Shown here in pieces: positions 1 through 9,434 of a stretch of 64,000 nucleotides of DNA. Source of the DNA: a virus. The DNA lies in IMG/VR virus record IMGVR_UViG_3300045988_151684, positions 1 to 64,000 of that record, one strand, 5' to 3'. Position 1 is the first letter of the stretch, and each line of letters opens with the position of its first letter. Below the pieces are notes generated by a model. It was not told the DNA's origin and ran no database searches. It saw only the letters and a program-made list of their open reading frames with translations. Made by a program: the position numbers and the translations under genes.

Positions 1-30
1 AAAGAAGCAGCCGAATTATATATCAAACTG

Positions 31-213
31 ATGGCAGAATGTCAGGATCTAATAACAGCAGTCACGAGTTATCAGGAAAAAATGCAGTTTGATGAGAAAA
101 TGCGCCAGCAAATGACGCGCAGTATCAATCACCGTAATAAAGTCAGAAATGACGGAAAGAGGATAAAAAAGATAATTATAAAAAGTAATTCAGGCAATAA
201 AAAAGCCCCATAA
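31..213 (+). CDS. hypothetical basic phage protein
   Basis: ORF followed by hairpin AGCCCCA-taa-TGGGGCT at 205-225; no recognisable motif. Confidence 0.3.
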   Translation: MAECQDLITAVTSYQEKMQFDEKMRQQMTRSINHRNKVRNDGKRIKKIIIKSNSGNKKAP

Positions 214-249
214 TGGGGCTTAAAAGCTTATGACACAGAGGGAGCAGAT

Positions 250-609
250 ATGGAATATAAACGGATTGTTATATGCGAATTGTGTGGCCATCGTTTCGAA
301 GTGACGAATAAATATAATCGGAGCAAAAGGTGTCCGGAATGTCGAAGAAGCATTCGAAGCGGAATACGGCAAAAAGAAACCACTAATAAAGAAAAAACAT
401 GCGTGTCCAATTTGGACACACTGGCTAGAGAAGCAAAAAAATACGGTCTAACCTATGGAAAATATGTTGGACTAAAAAGAGCTGGATATAAGATGGTGCA
501 TAAGCACTCAAAAGAAACAATTACTCACTCATGGGATGAGTGGATTGCTGATTTATATCGCATAGTAGATGCTGGCAAGGAGAGGGTATACACACAACAC
601 CAATACTAA
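250..609 (+). CDS. hypothetical Zn-ribbon protein (CxxC...CxxC)
   Basis: RBS GAGGGAG upstream of ATG; motif ICELCGH...CPECRR suggests zinc ribbon; palindrome GTGTCCAAtTTGGACAC inside (403..419) and degenerate copy just after stop (613..630). Confidence 0.5.
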   Translation: MEYKRIVICELCGHRFEVTNKYNRSKRCPECRRSIRSGIRQKETTNKEKTCVSNLDTLAREAKKYGLTYGKYVGLKRAGYKMVHKHSKETITHSWDEWIADLYRIVDAGKERVYTQHQY

Positions 610-676
610 AATGTGTCCGACTTGGACGCGCTGGATTATAGATGACTATCGTCTCAAAAGAAAAGCCCGCACGTCA

Positions 677-705
677 TAGACATGCGGGCAAATATTTAAT
701 AAAGA
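677..705 (+). terminator. hairpin GCCCGCA...TGCGGGC followed by A/T tract
   Basis: 7-bp stem seen in sequence after stop of 250..609. Confidence 0.4.
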
Positions 706-719
706 ATCTTGAATATGTA

Positions 720-748
720 TTGACAAATCATGATGTAAATGATATAAT
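720..748 (+). promoter_or_regulatory. consensus sigma70-type promoter TTGACA-17nt-TATAAT
   Basis: TTGACA at 720..725, 17-nt spacer, TATAAT at 743..748; followed by RBS AAGGAAAGGAGGG and ATG 782. Confidence 0.5.
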
Positions 749-781
749 AGAATCAAGATAAAGGAAAGGAGGGAAGCGGTT

Positions 782-865
782 ATGGATCCAAATAAAATAC
801 TGAACCTCATAACAGCGGTTATCAACCTCATCACTGCGATAATCCTGCTGAATGCGGCTCAGTAA
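782..865 (+). CDS. 27-aa hydrophobic peptide MDPNKILNLITAVINLITAIILLNAAQ
   Basis: perfect promoter and strong RBS directly upstream; single predicted TM helix; followed by GC hairpin CCCGCC-tgcg-GGCGGG at 877..892. Confidence 0.35.
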   Translation: MDPNKILNLITAVINLITAIILLNAAQ

Positions 866-1019
866 AGCAAATTGAGTGACAAGCTCCCGCCTGCGGGCGG
901 GGCGGCTTCCCTCAAACACAATATACCATAATCGCAAATGTTATGCAAAGAATAACAATGATAATTTCGGGAATCGCATTGATGGTTGCATTGTACGCAC
1001 TATATTTGGGGGTGAGTAG

Positions 1020-1211
1020 GTGAGTAGCAGCAAAAATGGATGGGGCGGAAAACGTGAAGGCGCCGGACGTAGACCATCGGCTCCAGACGGCACCGAAAGA
1101 CGAATGCGTTCCCTGCGCGCTTCAGATGATGAATGGGAAACAATAAAAGCCTTTGCTAAGATTCTCAAAGACAATCCGGTGCGGGCGGCGCGGATGATGA
1201 AAACAGAATAA
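1020..1211 (+). CDS. conserved small phage protein with NGWGGKR.GAGR motif (paralog of 55589..55786)
   Basis: GTG start with RBS GGGGGTGAG; N-terminal motif shared with prophage 2 protein MADTNNGWGGKRAGAGRP. Confidence 0.5.
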   Translation: MSSSKNGWGGKREGAGRRPSAPDGTERRMRSLRASDDEWETIKAFAKILKDNPVRAARMMKTE

Positions 1212-1222
1212 ATCAACATGAA

Positions 1223-1251
1223 GGGGCGGCTGAAAGGGCCGTCCTTTTTAT
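1223..1251 (+). terminator. Rho-independent terminator
   Basis: stem GGCGGC/GCCGTC (one GU), loop tgaaagg, then CTTTTTA. Confidence 0.5.
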
Positions 1252-1349
1252 GTATAAATCCAGAAAATATAGATTGGCATGTCAGACATATGTTTTACAC
1301 AATGTTAAAATATTGTATATATTCATTCGTATAATGCAGGAGGGATTCG

Positions 1350-1856
1350 ATGGCAGCAGAGACTGAAATTATTGACAGCATGAAAAATGATCGAATGATT
1401 GCAGAGGAATATCTATTAGCCTATGAAGATAAGAAACAGGAGTATGAAGACCGCCGCGCAGAATATCTCAACCGTAATATCCCGTTTGATAATAATATGG
1501 GCGGCGGGAAAGGTAATCTGCCAGGCCATCCTGTTGAAATTGCGGCCATTCGGGCGGTACAATACAACATGAATCATGACGAATACCTATGGCTGAAAGC
1601 TGCAGATATCACATTGAAGACGTATGGTGAAAGGAAAAGGATATTCATATCGTGTCGGCAGGAAGCAGATAGACACGCCCGCCGGTGGCGTGGGCGGAAG
1701 TCATGGATAATATACACACAGCGCCGATATAACGAGGAAATCGAAAAGCGATTCATCAATGCCCGTGGATGGGTGAGTGAGCGCACAATTCATACATGGT
1801 GGGCGCAGATTGTCGATAGAGTTGTGCAGATACATTTGCGTTTGCAAAATATTTAA
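1350..1856 (+). CDS. putative late-gene transcriptional activator (ArpU/RinA-like), homolog of 54183..54593
   Basis: RBS AGGAGGG; conserved block RTYGERKRIFI..RQEA...YVQRRY.EEI.KRFINAR...W..I..R..E.HLRL shared with prophage 2; position immediately upstream of HNH-TerS. Confidence 0.45.
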   Translation: MAAETEIIDSMKNDRMIAEEYLLAYEDKKQEYEDRRAEYLNRNIPFDNNMGGGKGNLPGHPVEIAAIRAVQYNMNHDEYLWLKAADITLKTYGERKRIFISCRQEADRHARRWRGRKSWIIYTQRRYNEEIEKRFINARGWVSERTIHTWWAQIVDRVVQIHLRLQNI

Positions 1857-1946
1857 TCATGAAGCATTTTACTTGACGAAATCCATGATATATTAATACC
1901 GTGATGAATCAATCGAATCCCATTAATAATTCTTCATATACATAGA

Positions 1947-1980
1947 AAAGACCACCTTTGCCATTCGGTGGTCTTTTCTA
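1947..1980 (+). terminator. Rho-independent terminator
   Basis: 11-bp stem AAAAGACCACC/GGTGGTCTTTT with 10-nt loop. Confidence 0.7.
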
Positions 1981-2015
1981 TTGCGGAGAAGAGGATAGAA
2001 GGACGTGAATGATGT

Positions 2016-2426
2016 ATGCTGACTACTATATGCAGTAGATGCGGCCAAGTTATAAAGCAGGGTGAACGTTGCCAGTGCGAGCTGGAAAGGCAGCGTGAAT
2101 ACGACCGCGATAATCGGAATCGCGAGTCAGCAGCGTTCTATCACAGCAAAAGCTGGAGCTACCTACAGAAAGCAATAGCAGCGAGAGCCGGATATCAGGA
2201 CGAATATGTTAAGTTCTACAAAGGGCGTGTAATGCCCGGTAGGATAGCACATCACATTGCACCGATTGATGAAAGGCCTGAGCTGAAGCTCGATGGGAAG
2301 AATATCATCTACGTGTCAGACAAGACACACCAGATGATTCATGCCGAATATAAGAAGGGAATAAAGGAAAAAGAAGAGATGCAGCGGCGGTTGTATCGGA
2401 TTCGGATGAAGTCAGAAAAAAGATGA
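2016..2426 (+). CDS. HNH homing endonuclease
   Basis: N-terminal CxxC...CxC, HHI motif, ...THQMIH; typical HNH next to terminase; homolog of 53662..54081. Confidence 0.75.
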   Translation: MLTTICSRCGQVIKQGERCQCELERQREYDRDNRNRESAAFYHSKSWSYLQKAIAARAGYQDEYVKFYKGRVMPGRIAHHIAPIDERPELKLDGKNIIYVSDKTHQMIHAEYKKGIKEKEEMQRRLYRIRMKSEKR

Positions 2427-2513
2427 TTTCATCAAGTAAATATGAGGCCTAGGGGGGTGCTTGAAAAAGTTTTCATCGAAAAACATAGAACCACAAGGCC
2501 TCTTCTCTCGCGA

Positions 2514-2526
2514 GAAAATGCCAAAA
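2514..2526 (+). promoter_or_regulatory. conserved motif AAAATGCCAAAAA upstream of terS (also at 53610..53623 in prophage 2)
   Basis: identical 13-14 nt motif in the terS upstream region of both phages despite strong GC divergence. Confidence 0.4.
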
Positions 2527-2547
2527 ACAGTGAAGGGGGGTAGGGCA

Positions 2548-3027
2548 ATGGGACGTCCGAGAAAAGTAGTGTCTATGTCGACAGGGAAAATTAGCAAGGC
2601 ACAAAAGGCTGCCCGCGTTGAGGGAGAAAAGGCTCTGAAGGTCAGTCGTGATGAATTGAGAGCTCCAGATTGGCTCCCGGATAAAGCCGCCCTTGAGTTC
2701 GAGCGAGTTTGCAGGAATGCCGCAAAGCTGGGGATGCTCGATAATCTGGATTTGTCGGTGCTGGCCGTCTATGCGGACAACTACAACCGATATATCGAAG
2801 CATCGATGCAATTATCCATGCATGGGCATGTCATCACGACAGACAATGGGTATGCGATGCCGTCGCCGTGGATGTCAATCCTCAACCAGTCGGCGAAAAA
2901 TATTTTCTCCTGCTCGGCGAAACTGGGGCTGGCCGTGACCGATAGGCTAAAACTTATTACGCCAGTCAAGAAAGAGAAAACAGTCAACAAGTTCATCAAA
3001 TTCTTGGGCGATGGGGCAAATGGATAG
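2548..3027 (+). CDS. terS: terminase small subunit (P27 family)
   Basis: start MGRPRKVV matches prophage 2 MARPRKVI; conserved LLDNLDLS.LA.YADNY.RY; directly upstream of TerL. Confidence 0.75.
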   Translation: MGRPRKVVSMSTGKISKAQKAARVEGEKALKVSRDELRAPDWLPDKAALEFERVCRNAAKLGMLDNLDLSVLAVYADNYNRYIEASMQLSMHGHVITTDNGYAMPSPWMSILNQSAKNIFSCSAKLGLAVTDRLKLITPVKKEKTVNKFIKFLGDGANG

Positions 3028-4753
3028 AACCACAGAATATGCCAAACTGGTGCTGAGTGGCAAGCGGATTTGTGGCCGGTCAGAAAAGCTGGCAGCAGAA
3101 CGCCACCTGAAGGATATGGCGAACAAATCCTCTGAGTGGATTTTTGACGCCAGGGAAGCCGAGCGACACATCGAAATAGCCAACACGTTGACAATCGGTG
3201 AGGGCGAAGCCCATGCGCTTCGGACACGCGGCTTCCAGAACTTCATTATCGGTTCACTCTTTGGGTGGCGGCGCAAGCGGTCAGATATTCGCCGGTTTCG
3301 TGAGGCCTATGTGCAGGTAGGCAGGCAGAACGGTAAATCATTCCTTGCCGGCGCCCTTGCCAATGATTTCGCCACTTTCGGCGGGTATCAGTATGGCCGT
3401 ATCTTCTGTACGGCTACCAAGCAGGACCAGGCAAACATCGTATGGGATGAAGTTCGTAAGTTCATCGAGTCCGATAAAGACCTTGCTGAGCTCTACAAAA
3501 TCAAGACATATGACAGAACCATAACGAGCCGGGTAACCGGCACCACAATCAAGGCCATCGGGCGCGATACAAAAAGCGCCGATGGCTTTCGTACTATCCT
3601 AGCGATTGTGGATGAGTACCACGCCCATCCCACTAATCAAATGTACAAACTGATGATGGACGGGCAGGACATGGTCAAAAATGCGCTGACGATAGCGATT
3701 ACAACGAGCGGATTCAATCTGAAATCACCATGCTATGAACAGTATCAGTTCTGCAAGAAGGTATTGGAGGGGGTAGTTCAGAAGGATTCGCTCTTTGTAT
3801 ATATAGCCGAAATGGATGAAGGAGATGATATCTGGGAGCGGGAGAACTGGGCAAAATCAAATCCGCTCAAGCTCTTTCTGCCGGATGATGTCACGCTGGA
3901 TGAAGAAAAGCTCAAAGTTGTAGCGTCCAAGGCGATTGACGCCAAGGAAAAGCAGGGCGAGGAGCTGGTCAATTTCAAGACCAAGACGCTCAATGAGTGG
4001 GTAACCTATACAGGCGGTGCACTCCTTGACCTTGCGGCTTGGAAGCTGTGTGGCAGTGATAAAACCATTGAAGATATGGCCGACTGCGATGCCTTCCTTG
4101 GAATTGACCTGTCAAGCGGCGGTGACTTAACGAGCATTGCCCTTTTGTTCCCGATGGCTTCTGACAATGTATATATCTGGTCGCACAGCTATATGCCGGA
4201 ATTGCGGCTGGCGGAGCATATCAAATCCGATGATGCGCCGTATGGCGTGTGGAAAAATCAGGGACTTATCACGCTGACCAGCGGGATGTATGGGATAAAG
4301 ACCGATTATAAGTACATCATCGCTGACTTGAAGCGGATTATTAAGCAGTACGGCATCCGCATTATCGGATGCGGCTATGATGCACATAATGCGGCGGCCT
4401 TTCTGGGAGATTTGGACGAGGTGCTGGATTGCGATATTACGGAGGTCAAGCAGTCTGCCCGATCACTTAATGACCCCACGAAAGACTTTGCCCTGTCAGT
4501 CAAGGCAGGACAGGTCAGCTACGACAAGAACAATGCGCTCCTGTCGTGGAGTGCTGCCAATGCCATCGTATCGGAGCCGAACAGCTTTGGAGAGATAAAG
4601 GTGGACAAGATGACACAGACGAACCGAATCGACCCCATAGATGCCATTTTGGATTCCTGGAAGGTCTGGTTTATCAGTAAGCAAAATAACAGCCCATCGG
4701 GCGAGGAGGCGTTACAGATATGGCTGGAGTCGCTGGGAGGTGAGAACGAATGA
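3011..4753 (+). CDS. terL: terminase large subunit
   Basis: 580 aa; ATPase and nuclease regions (ILAIVDEYHAHP, GIDLSSGGDLTSIALLFP); roughly 70-75% identical by eye over the aligned stretch to 51326..53074. Confidence 0.9.
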   Translation: MGQMDRTTEYAKLVLSGKRICGRSEKLAAERHLKDMANKSSEWIFDAREAERHIEIANTLTIGEGEAHALRTRGFQNFIIGSLFGWRRKRSDIRRFREAYVQVGRQNGKSFLAGALANDFATFGGYQYGRIFCTATKQDQANIVWDEVRKFIESDKDLAELYKIKTYDRTITSRVTGTTIKAIGRDTKSADGFRTILAIVDEYHAHPTNQMYKLMMDGQDMVKNALTIAITTSGFNLKSPCYEQYQFCKKVLEGVVQKDSLFVYIAEMDEGDDIWERENWAKSNPLKLFLPDDVTLDEEKLKVVASKAIDAKEKQGEELVNFKTKTLNEWVTYTGGALLDLAAWKLCGSDKTIEDMADCDAFLGIDLSSGGDLTSIALLFPMASDNVYIWSHSYMPELRLAEHIKSDDAPYGVWKNQGLITLTSGMYGIKTDYKYIIADLKRIIKQYGIRIIGCGYDAHNAAAFLGDLDEVLDCDITEVKQSARSLNDPTKDFALSVKAGQVSYDKNNALLSWSAANAIVSEPNSFGEIKVDKMTQTNRIDPIDAILDSWKVWFISKQNNSPSGEEALQIWLESLGGENE

Positions 4754-6006
4754 ATTTATTTCAAAAAGTGAGAAGCTATTTTACGAATCAAAATGATACG
4801 CTGAGTCTTTCGGCGATTAATGAATTGTTTTTCTCGGGCGGTTCGGCTCAGTATGGGGCGGATATTACGGAAATAACATATTTCACCTGTCTCAAAACCT
4901 TATCTGAAGCACTGGGGAAAATGCCTGTATATCTGATGAACGAAGATAAAAAACGCATCACGAATCACGAAACAGCTCGTTTCCTCTCGGTATCGCCTAA
5001 TGACGTCTATACGCCGATTCAGTTCTTCACCTATATGGAGTTTTGTAGAAACCATTACGGCAATGCCTACGCATACGTAGAGCGGCATAATAGCCATATC
5101 ACTGGGGTTTATCCGCTGGATCCGCGAATGGTGCAGATTTGGGTAAACAATACAGATATGTTCACGAAAAGGAAATATACGTATTACTACACGGATGAAC
5201 GGAGTGGAATGGGCTATTGGCTGGACCCGGAGGATGTGCTGCATGTCAAATCGTGGGTAACGGATAGGAGCGGCCTTGCCGGAAAATCCGTGAGGGAAAT
5301 CCTTGCCACGAATATGGCGGGGTCCAAAGCATCACAGGCTTTTCTCAATGACTTGTATCAGAAAGGGCTCACAGCCAATGCAGTGGTCAAGTATGTAGGA
5401 GACCTCAGTCGTGAACAGCAAAAGGTAATGCTCAAGCAGATTGACAAGCAGGCTCGGGATGAAGGGCGACGGCTTATCACGTTGCCTGTCGGCTATGACA
5501 TTCAGACACTTGATCTCAAACTGACAGATTCGCAGTTCTACGAGCTGAAAAAGTACAACAGCCTGCAGGTGGCTGCAGCGTTTGGCATCCAGCCGAATCA
5601 ACTCAACGATTATAGCAAATCCAGCTATGCAAATAGTGCAGCGCAAAGCCTTAGCTTCTACGTCAACACGCTTCTGTACAATATCACGCTTTATGAGCAG
5701 GAGTTAAACCGGAAACTGTTGACAACTAAGGAACAGAGGCAGGGGCTTGGCTTCAAGTTTAATGTCTGGACGATTTTGCGCGGTGATCCTACACAGCAGG
5801 CTGATGTCCTGCAGAAGATGGTTGCCAGCGCGATTTATTCGCCAAATGAAGCTCGAAGCAAGCTGGACATGCCGCCTACGACTGGCGGAGACGTTCATAT
5901 CGTCAATGGCTCATACGTGAAGCTGGAGGACGTCGGACTTGCCTATACGGCGAAAGCAATGCAATCAGCGGAAGGAGGTGACGACAATGCTGAAAATCAA
6001 AAATAG
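4750..6006 (+). CDS. portal protein (HK97 family)
   Basis: 418 aa, position after TerL, homolog of 50083..51339. Confidence 0.9.
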   Translation: MNLFQKVRSYFTNQNDTLSLSAINELFFSGGSAQYGADITEITYFTCLKTLSEALGKMPVYLMNEDKKRITNHETARFLSVSPNDVYTPIQFFTYMEFCRNHYGNAYAYVERHNSHITGVYPLDPRMVQIWVNNTDMFTKRKYTYYYTDERSGMGYWLDPEDVLHVKSWVTDRSGLAGKSVREILATNMAGSKASQAFLNDLYQKGLTANAVVKYVGDLSREQQKVMLKQIDKQARDEGRRLITLPVGYDIQTLDLKLTDSQFYELKKYNSLQVAAAFGIQPNQLNDYSKSSYANSAAQSLSFYVNTLLYNITLYEQELNRKLLTTKEQRQGLGFKFNVWTILRGDPTQQADVLQKMVASAIYSPNEARSKLDMPPTTGGDVHIVNGSYVKLEDVGLAYTAKAMQSAEGGDDNAENQK

Positions 6007-6724
6007 CGCATATAGTGCAGATATATATATCAGCGGCGCAATCATCGATGATGAAGATGGGGGCTGGCTTGAGTCCTGGAAAGACTCTGGTACTGGCTAC
6101 GAGTGGCCTAATAATATCAAAGCCAAGCTCGCGGAAATCGATGATGATGCACCGCTTACAATCTACATCAATTCGGATGGTGGCAGTGTACCGGCAGGCG
6201 TAGCGATTGCGAATATGATTGCTCGCCACAAGGGAAAGACAACTGCCGTGGTAGATGGCTGGGCGTGTTCGATTGCGACTCAGATATTCTTTGCTGCAGA
6301 TGAACGAAAGATTCCCTCCAATGCTTATCTGATGATTCACAAGCCGAGCACATGTGTCTGCGGAAATGCCGATGACTTCCAGCAGGCCATCGATACGCTG
6401 AATGTATTGCAGGAAGGGTTGGAAACCACTTACCGCAAAGCCGCCTGTGAGGGGGTAACGGATGAGCAGATTCATCAGATGGTGGAGGACACCACCTGGC
6501 TGACGGGCGCGGATGCTGCAGAGCTTTTCAATATTGAACTGCTCGAAGCGACGCAGACTGCTGCATGTGCCAGTGGTTCCGTCAAGTTCAAGAACATGCC
6601 AAAGGGCATCAATTTTGCGGACAGGAAGCCGGTACCTGAACCGCAGGATGCAGATAATTACAAAGTTAGGGCTGCTATTCAGCTCGCAATTATGGAAGGA
6701 GAGATTCTCGATGAAAAAATCTGA
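5987..6724 (+). CDS. ClpP-like prohead protease (HK97 family)
   Basis: RBS GGAGGTGA; IYINSDGGSV.AGVAIANMI...W.CSIATQIFF..DER..P.N.YLMIHKPS ClpP signature. Confidence 0.85.
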   Translation: MLKIKNSAYSADIYISGAIIDDEDGGWLESWKDSGTGYEWPNNIKAKLAEIDDDAPLTIYINSDGGSVPAGVAIANMIARHKGKTTAVVDGWACSIATQIFFAADERKIPSNAYLMIHKPSTCVCGNADDFQQAIDTLNVLQEGLETTYRKAACEGVTDEQIHQMVEDTTWLTGADAAELFNIELLEATQTAACASGSVKFKNMPKGINFADRKPVPEPQDADNYKVRAAIQLAIMEGEILDEKI

Positions 6725-7850
6725 CGAACTCAAGAAAGTCGTTGACGAGCTAAAAGCAAAAGCTGAACAGCTCCAGACGGATGAACAGTATGATGACGCT
6801 CTCAGCGTTGCCAATGAACTGAAAGACGCTATCCGCGACTACAAGACCGCCAAGGCCATTGAAGAGGCTGAGGCTACCAATTTCATCAAGGATGCGACCC
6901 CGGCAACGAAGAAATCGCAGGTCAGCGATTCCGTTATGCGTAACCGTATCTTCAATAAACAGGTATTCGGCAAAACGTTGAACGAAGAGGAAATGGCCTT
7001 CCTCAACACGGCAGGCACGCCGGGACAGGTTGAAGCTACGCCGGCAAAGGGCGGTTACCTCGTACCGGAGGAACAGATTGCACAGCTGACAGAGTTCCGC
7101 CGTGCATACACGGCACTGAAAGATTACACTTCTGTTCGTACAGCCAAAAGTGATAAAGGTAAATTCCCGACGATTGGTGCTGAGACCGGGACGCTGACTG
7201 CATTTGACGAACTTACGGATATCGGCAAATCGGATTTTGACTTCGGTCAGCTCTCTTATGAGATTAACGATTATGGCGATATTATCCCGGTATCGAATCA
7301 GCTCCTGCAGGATGTCGATATCAATCTCATGGGAATCATTGGTCAGCGTTTCGCCCGCAAGGCAATCAATACGGAGAACGCTCAGATTATTGCCTTGCTC
7401 AACACGTTATCGGCATCGGCCATCACGGATTACAAAGGACTGACGAAAGCTATCAATGTTGAGTTGGATCCTGTCTTTGCTGCCAATGCGAAAATCTTCA
7501 CGAATCAGGACGGTTTCCAGTGGATGTCCGAATTGCAGGATGGTCAGAACAGACCGCTGCTGGTGCCGGATGTTACTGCTGCAGATACCTATCGTTTCCG
7601 CGGTAAGGAGGTAGTAGTCCTTTCCAACAATGACCTTAAAACCACGGGGCCCACAGCCAAGAAGGCCCCGATGTATATCGGTTCGATGTCCGATTTTGCG
7701 GCATTCTTCCAGCGTTTGGGCGTTGAGGTTGCTGTATCGAACGAAGCAGGCTTTGTACAGTACGCAACGCTTATCCGTGCGGTCGAGCGCTTTGGTGTGA
7801 CGAAGGTCGATACGGATGCCCTGAAAGCTTATACCGTAGCATTGTCGTAA
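6711..7850 (+). CDS. major capsid protein (HK97 fold) with N-terminal coiled-coil delta domain
   Basis: start MKKSDELKK with RBS GGAAGGAGAG; continuous frame into capsid body; homolog of 48244..49371. Confidence 0.9.
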   Translation: MKKSDELKKVVDELKAKAEQLQTDEQYDDALSVANELKDAIRDYKTAKAIEEAEATNFIKDATPATKKSQVSDSVMRNRIFNKQVFGKTLNEEEMAFLNTAGTPGQVEATPAKGGYLVPEEQIAQLTEFRRAYTALKDYTSVRTAKSDKGKFPTIGAETGTLTAFDELTDIGKSDFDFGQLSYEINDYGDIIPVSNQLLQDVDINLMGIIGQRFARKAINTENAQIIALLNTLSASAITDYKGLTKAINVELDPVFAANAKIFTNQDGFQWMSELQDGQNRPLLVPDVTAADTYRFRGKEVVVLSNNDLKTTGPTAKKAPMYIGSMSDFAAFFQRLGVEVAVSNEAGFVQYATLIRAVERFGVTKVDTDALKAYTVALS

Positions 7851-7865
7851 AGGCGGTGATGGCTT

Positions 7866-8258
7866 ATGGCTATCACACTGGATGAAGTAAAAGTATACCT
7901 CCGCATCGATAGTGATGCGGAGGATGCTTTGCTGGAACGTCTGATGGCAACGGCCTATGCTGTTGTTGCTGGGGCGGTAGATAACTACAAGCTCATTACC
8001 CAGCTAAAGCCTGACTGCGAAAAGTTGGGCGATATGACGCAGTTGGCCTTGATTGCGGACTTGTATGAGAATCGCAATTTAGAGGGAGAAACACCGCAGA
8101 GTTATAGCCGTATCGTGGAGACGATGCTCCATCAATTGCAGTATAATACCGATATGACCAAGGAAGAACTCCAGACACTGGTTGATGCAAAATCGCCTGC
8201 CGAGTCGGCAGATCCAGCAGAATCGGCAGAACAAACCACGCCGGAATATTGGGAGTGA
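7866..8258 (+). CDS. head-tail connector protein (gp6-like)
   Basis: position and similarity to 47930..48226 (ITLDEVK.YLRID.D..D..L; LIA.MYENR). Confidence 0.55.
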   Translation: MAITLDEVKVYLRIDSDAEDALLERLMATAYAVVAGAVDNYKLITQLKPDCEKLGDMTQLALIADLYENRNLEGETPQSYSRIVETMLHQLQYNTDMTKEELQTLVDAKSPAESADPAESAEQTTPEYWE

Positions 8259-8264
8259 TAGCGG

Positions 8265-8585
8265 ATGATTATTGGGAAATTGAATCATAGGGTTACACTC
8301 TTGCAGTATTCTGCTGTTGCTGAGGATGAAGGCTTTGGCCCTATCAAAGAATGGCAGGAGATTGCAACGGTCTGGGCTCAGATTCATGCACCGAGGATTC
8401 AGGCGGTAGCTGCAGTTGGAAGCGGCGATGCGGTAATTATCACGCAGGGTATCACGATCCGAAAACGTGATGGCATCGAAAAAGGCTGGCGAGTTCGTTT
8501 GAATGGCGCGCTCTACGACGTCATTCATGTGGACTGCTCGAAACCATCACAGCTTACCCTGATGACAAGAAAGGTTGATACGTAA
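8265..8585 (+). CDS. head-tail adaptor / head closure protein
   Basis: synteny; homolog of 47556..47987. Confidence 0.5.
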   Translation: MIIGKLNHRVTLLQYSAVAEDEGFGPIKEWQEIATVWAQIHAPRIQAVAAVGSGDAVIITQGITIRKRDGIEKGWRVRLNGALYDVIHVDCSKPSQLTLMTRKVDT

Positions 8586-9037
8586 TGAGTAAAGGATTCT
8601 TCATCAAGATGGACCTTGACAAAGTTGCTTATCAGGCTACGGCTGATATCAACCGATATAACGCGAATACGCAACGCGGAATCCGGCGCGTGATAGCAGA
8701 TGGTGTACAGTCGACTTTTGAGACGGCAGTGAATCGAGCCCCATATGGACCGACAGGAAACCTGAAGACAGGCATCAAGAAAGAAGTCCGAGGTTCTCAC
8801 GGTGTGGTCAAGTCAACCTCGCCGCATTCGCATCTGGTAGAGTTCGGCACAGGACCTCGTATTGTTGGCCCAGTAAAACGAGTAGCATTGAAACTTCCAC
8901 ATTGGCCAGGCTATGTAAAAGGCGATATCTATAACGGAAAAATGCCAAAGGCTCCATTCATGAAACCCGCTGCCGAAGAGAATAAACCAAAAATTGAAGC
9001 CGCAATGGAGGAGGTGCTGCGCGGTGAGAATCATTAA
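8585..9037 (+). CDS. HK97 gp10-like tail component
   Basis: synteny; homolog of 47141..47572. Confidence 0.5.
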   Translation: MSKGFFIKMDLDKVAYQATADINRYNANTQRGIRRVIADGVQSTFETAVNRAPYGPTGNLKTGIKKEVRGSHGVVKSTSPHSHLVEFGTGPRIVGPVKRVALKLPHWPGYVKGDIYNGKMPKAPFMKPAAEENKPKIEAAMEEVLRGENH

Positions 9038-9434
9038 GACTATCCCGACAGTATCGCTCCAAAAAGCGGTATTCAAGTTGCTGTCAGAGGGACAGAGTAA
9101 TAAGGTATATGGCCAAGTGCCCGAAAATGCAGTATTCCCTTATATTACAATTGATTCCATCACGGCAAAGCCATTGGATACTAAAAATAGTGTGCACTGG
9201 AATTGTTCCTTGACGGTCAATGTATGGGGAACTGAGGAAGGAAAACAAGCCGTATATGAGGCCGTATCCGATATTACGTACTTGATATCCAAATACGGCA
9301 TTGAGAAGGTGGTTGTCGATGGTTTTGCGGTGCTGGATGCGCAAATCGATATGATTGAAACATTCCCAGAGCAAACCACCGGCTATCACGGACTCATTCA
9401 GATTAACTATCAACTATCCGATAAGGAGGAATGA
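9024..9434 (+). CDS. tail completion / neck protein
   Basis: probable GTG start after RBS GGAGGAGG; homolog of 46760..47140. Confidence 0.45.
   Translation: MRIIKTIPTVSLQKAVFKLLSEGQSNKVYGQVPENAVFPYITIDSITAKPLDTKNSVHWNCSLTVNVWGTEEGKQAVYEAVSDITYLISKYGIEKVVVDGFAVLDAQIDMIETFPEQTTGYHGLIQINYQLSDKEE

Noticed and set aside
958-1023. 21-aa hydrophobic peptide overlapping the GTG start of the GWGGKR gene
   Set aside because: No RBS; overlaps the RBS and start of a conserved gene.
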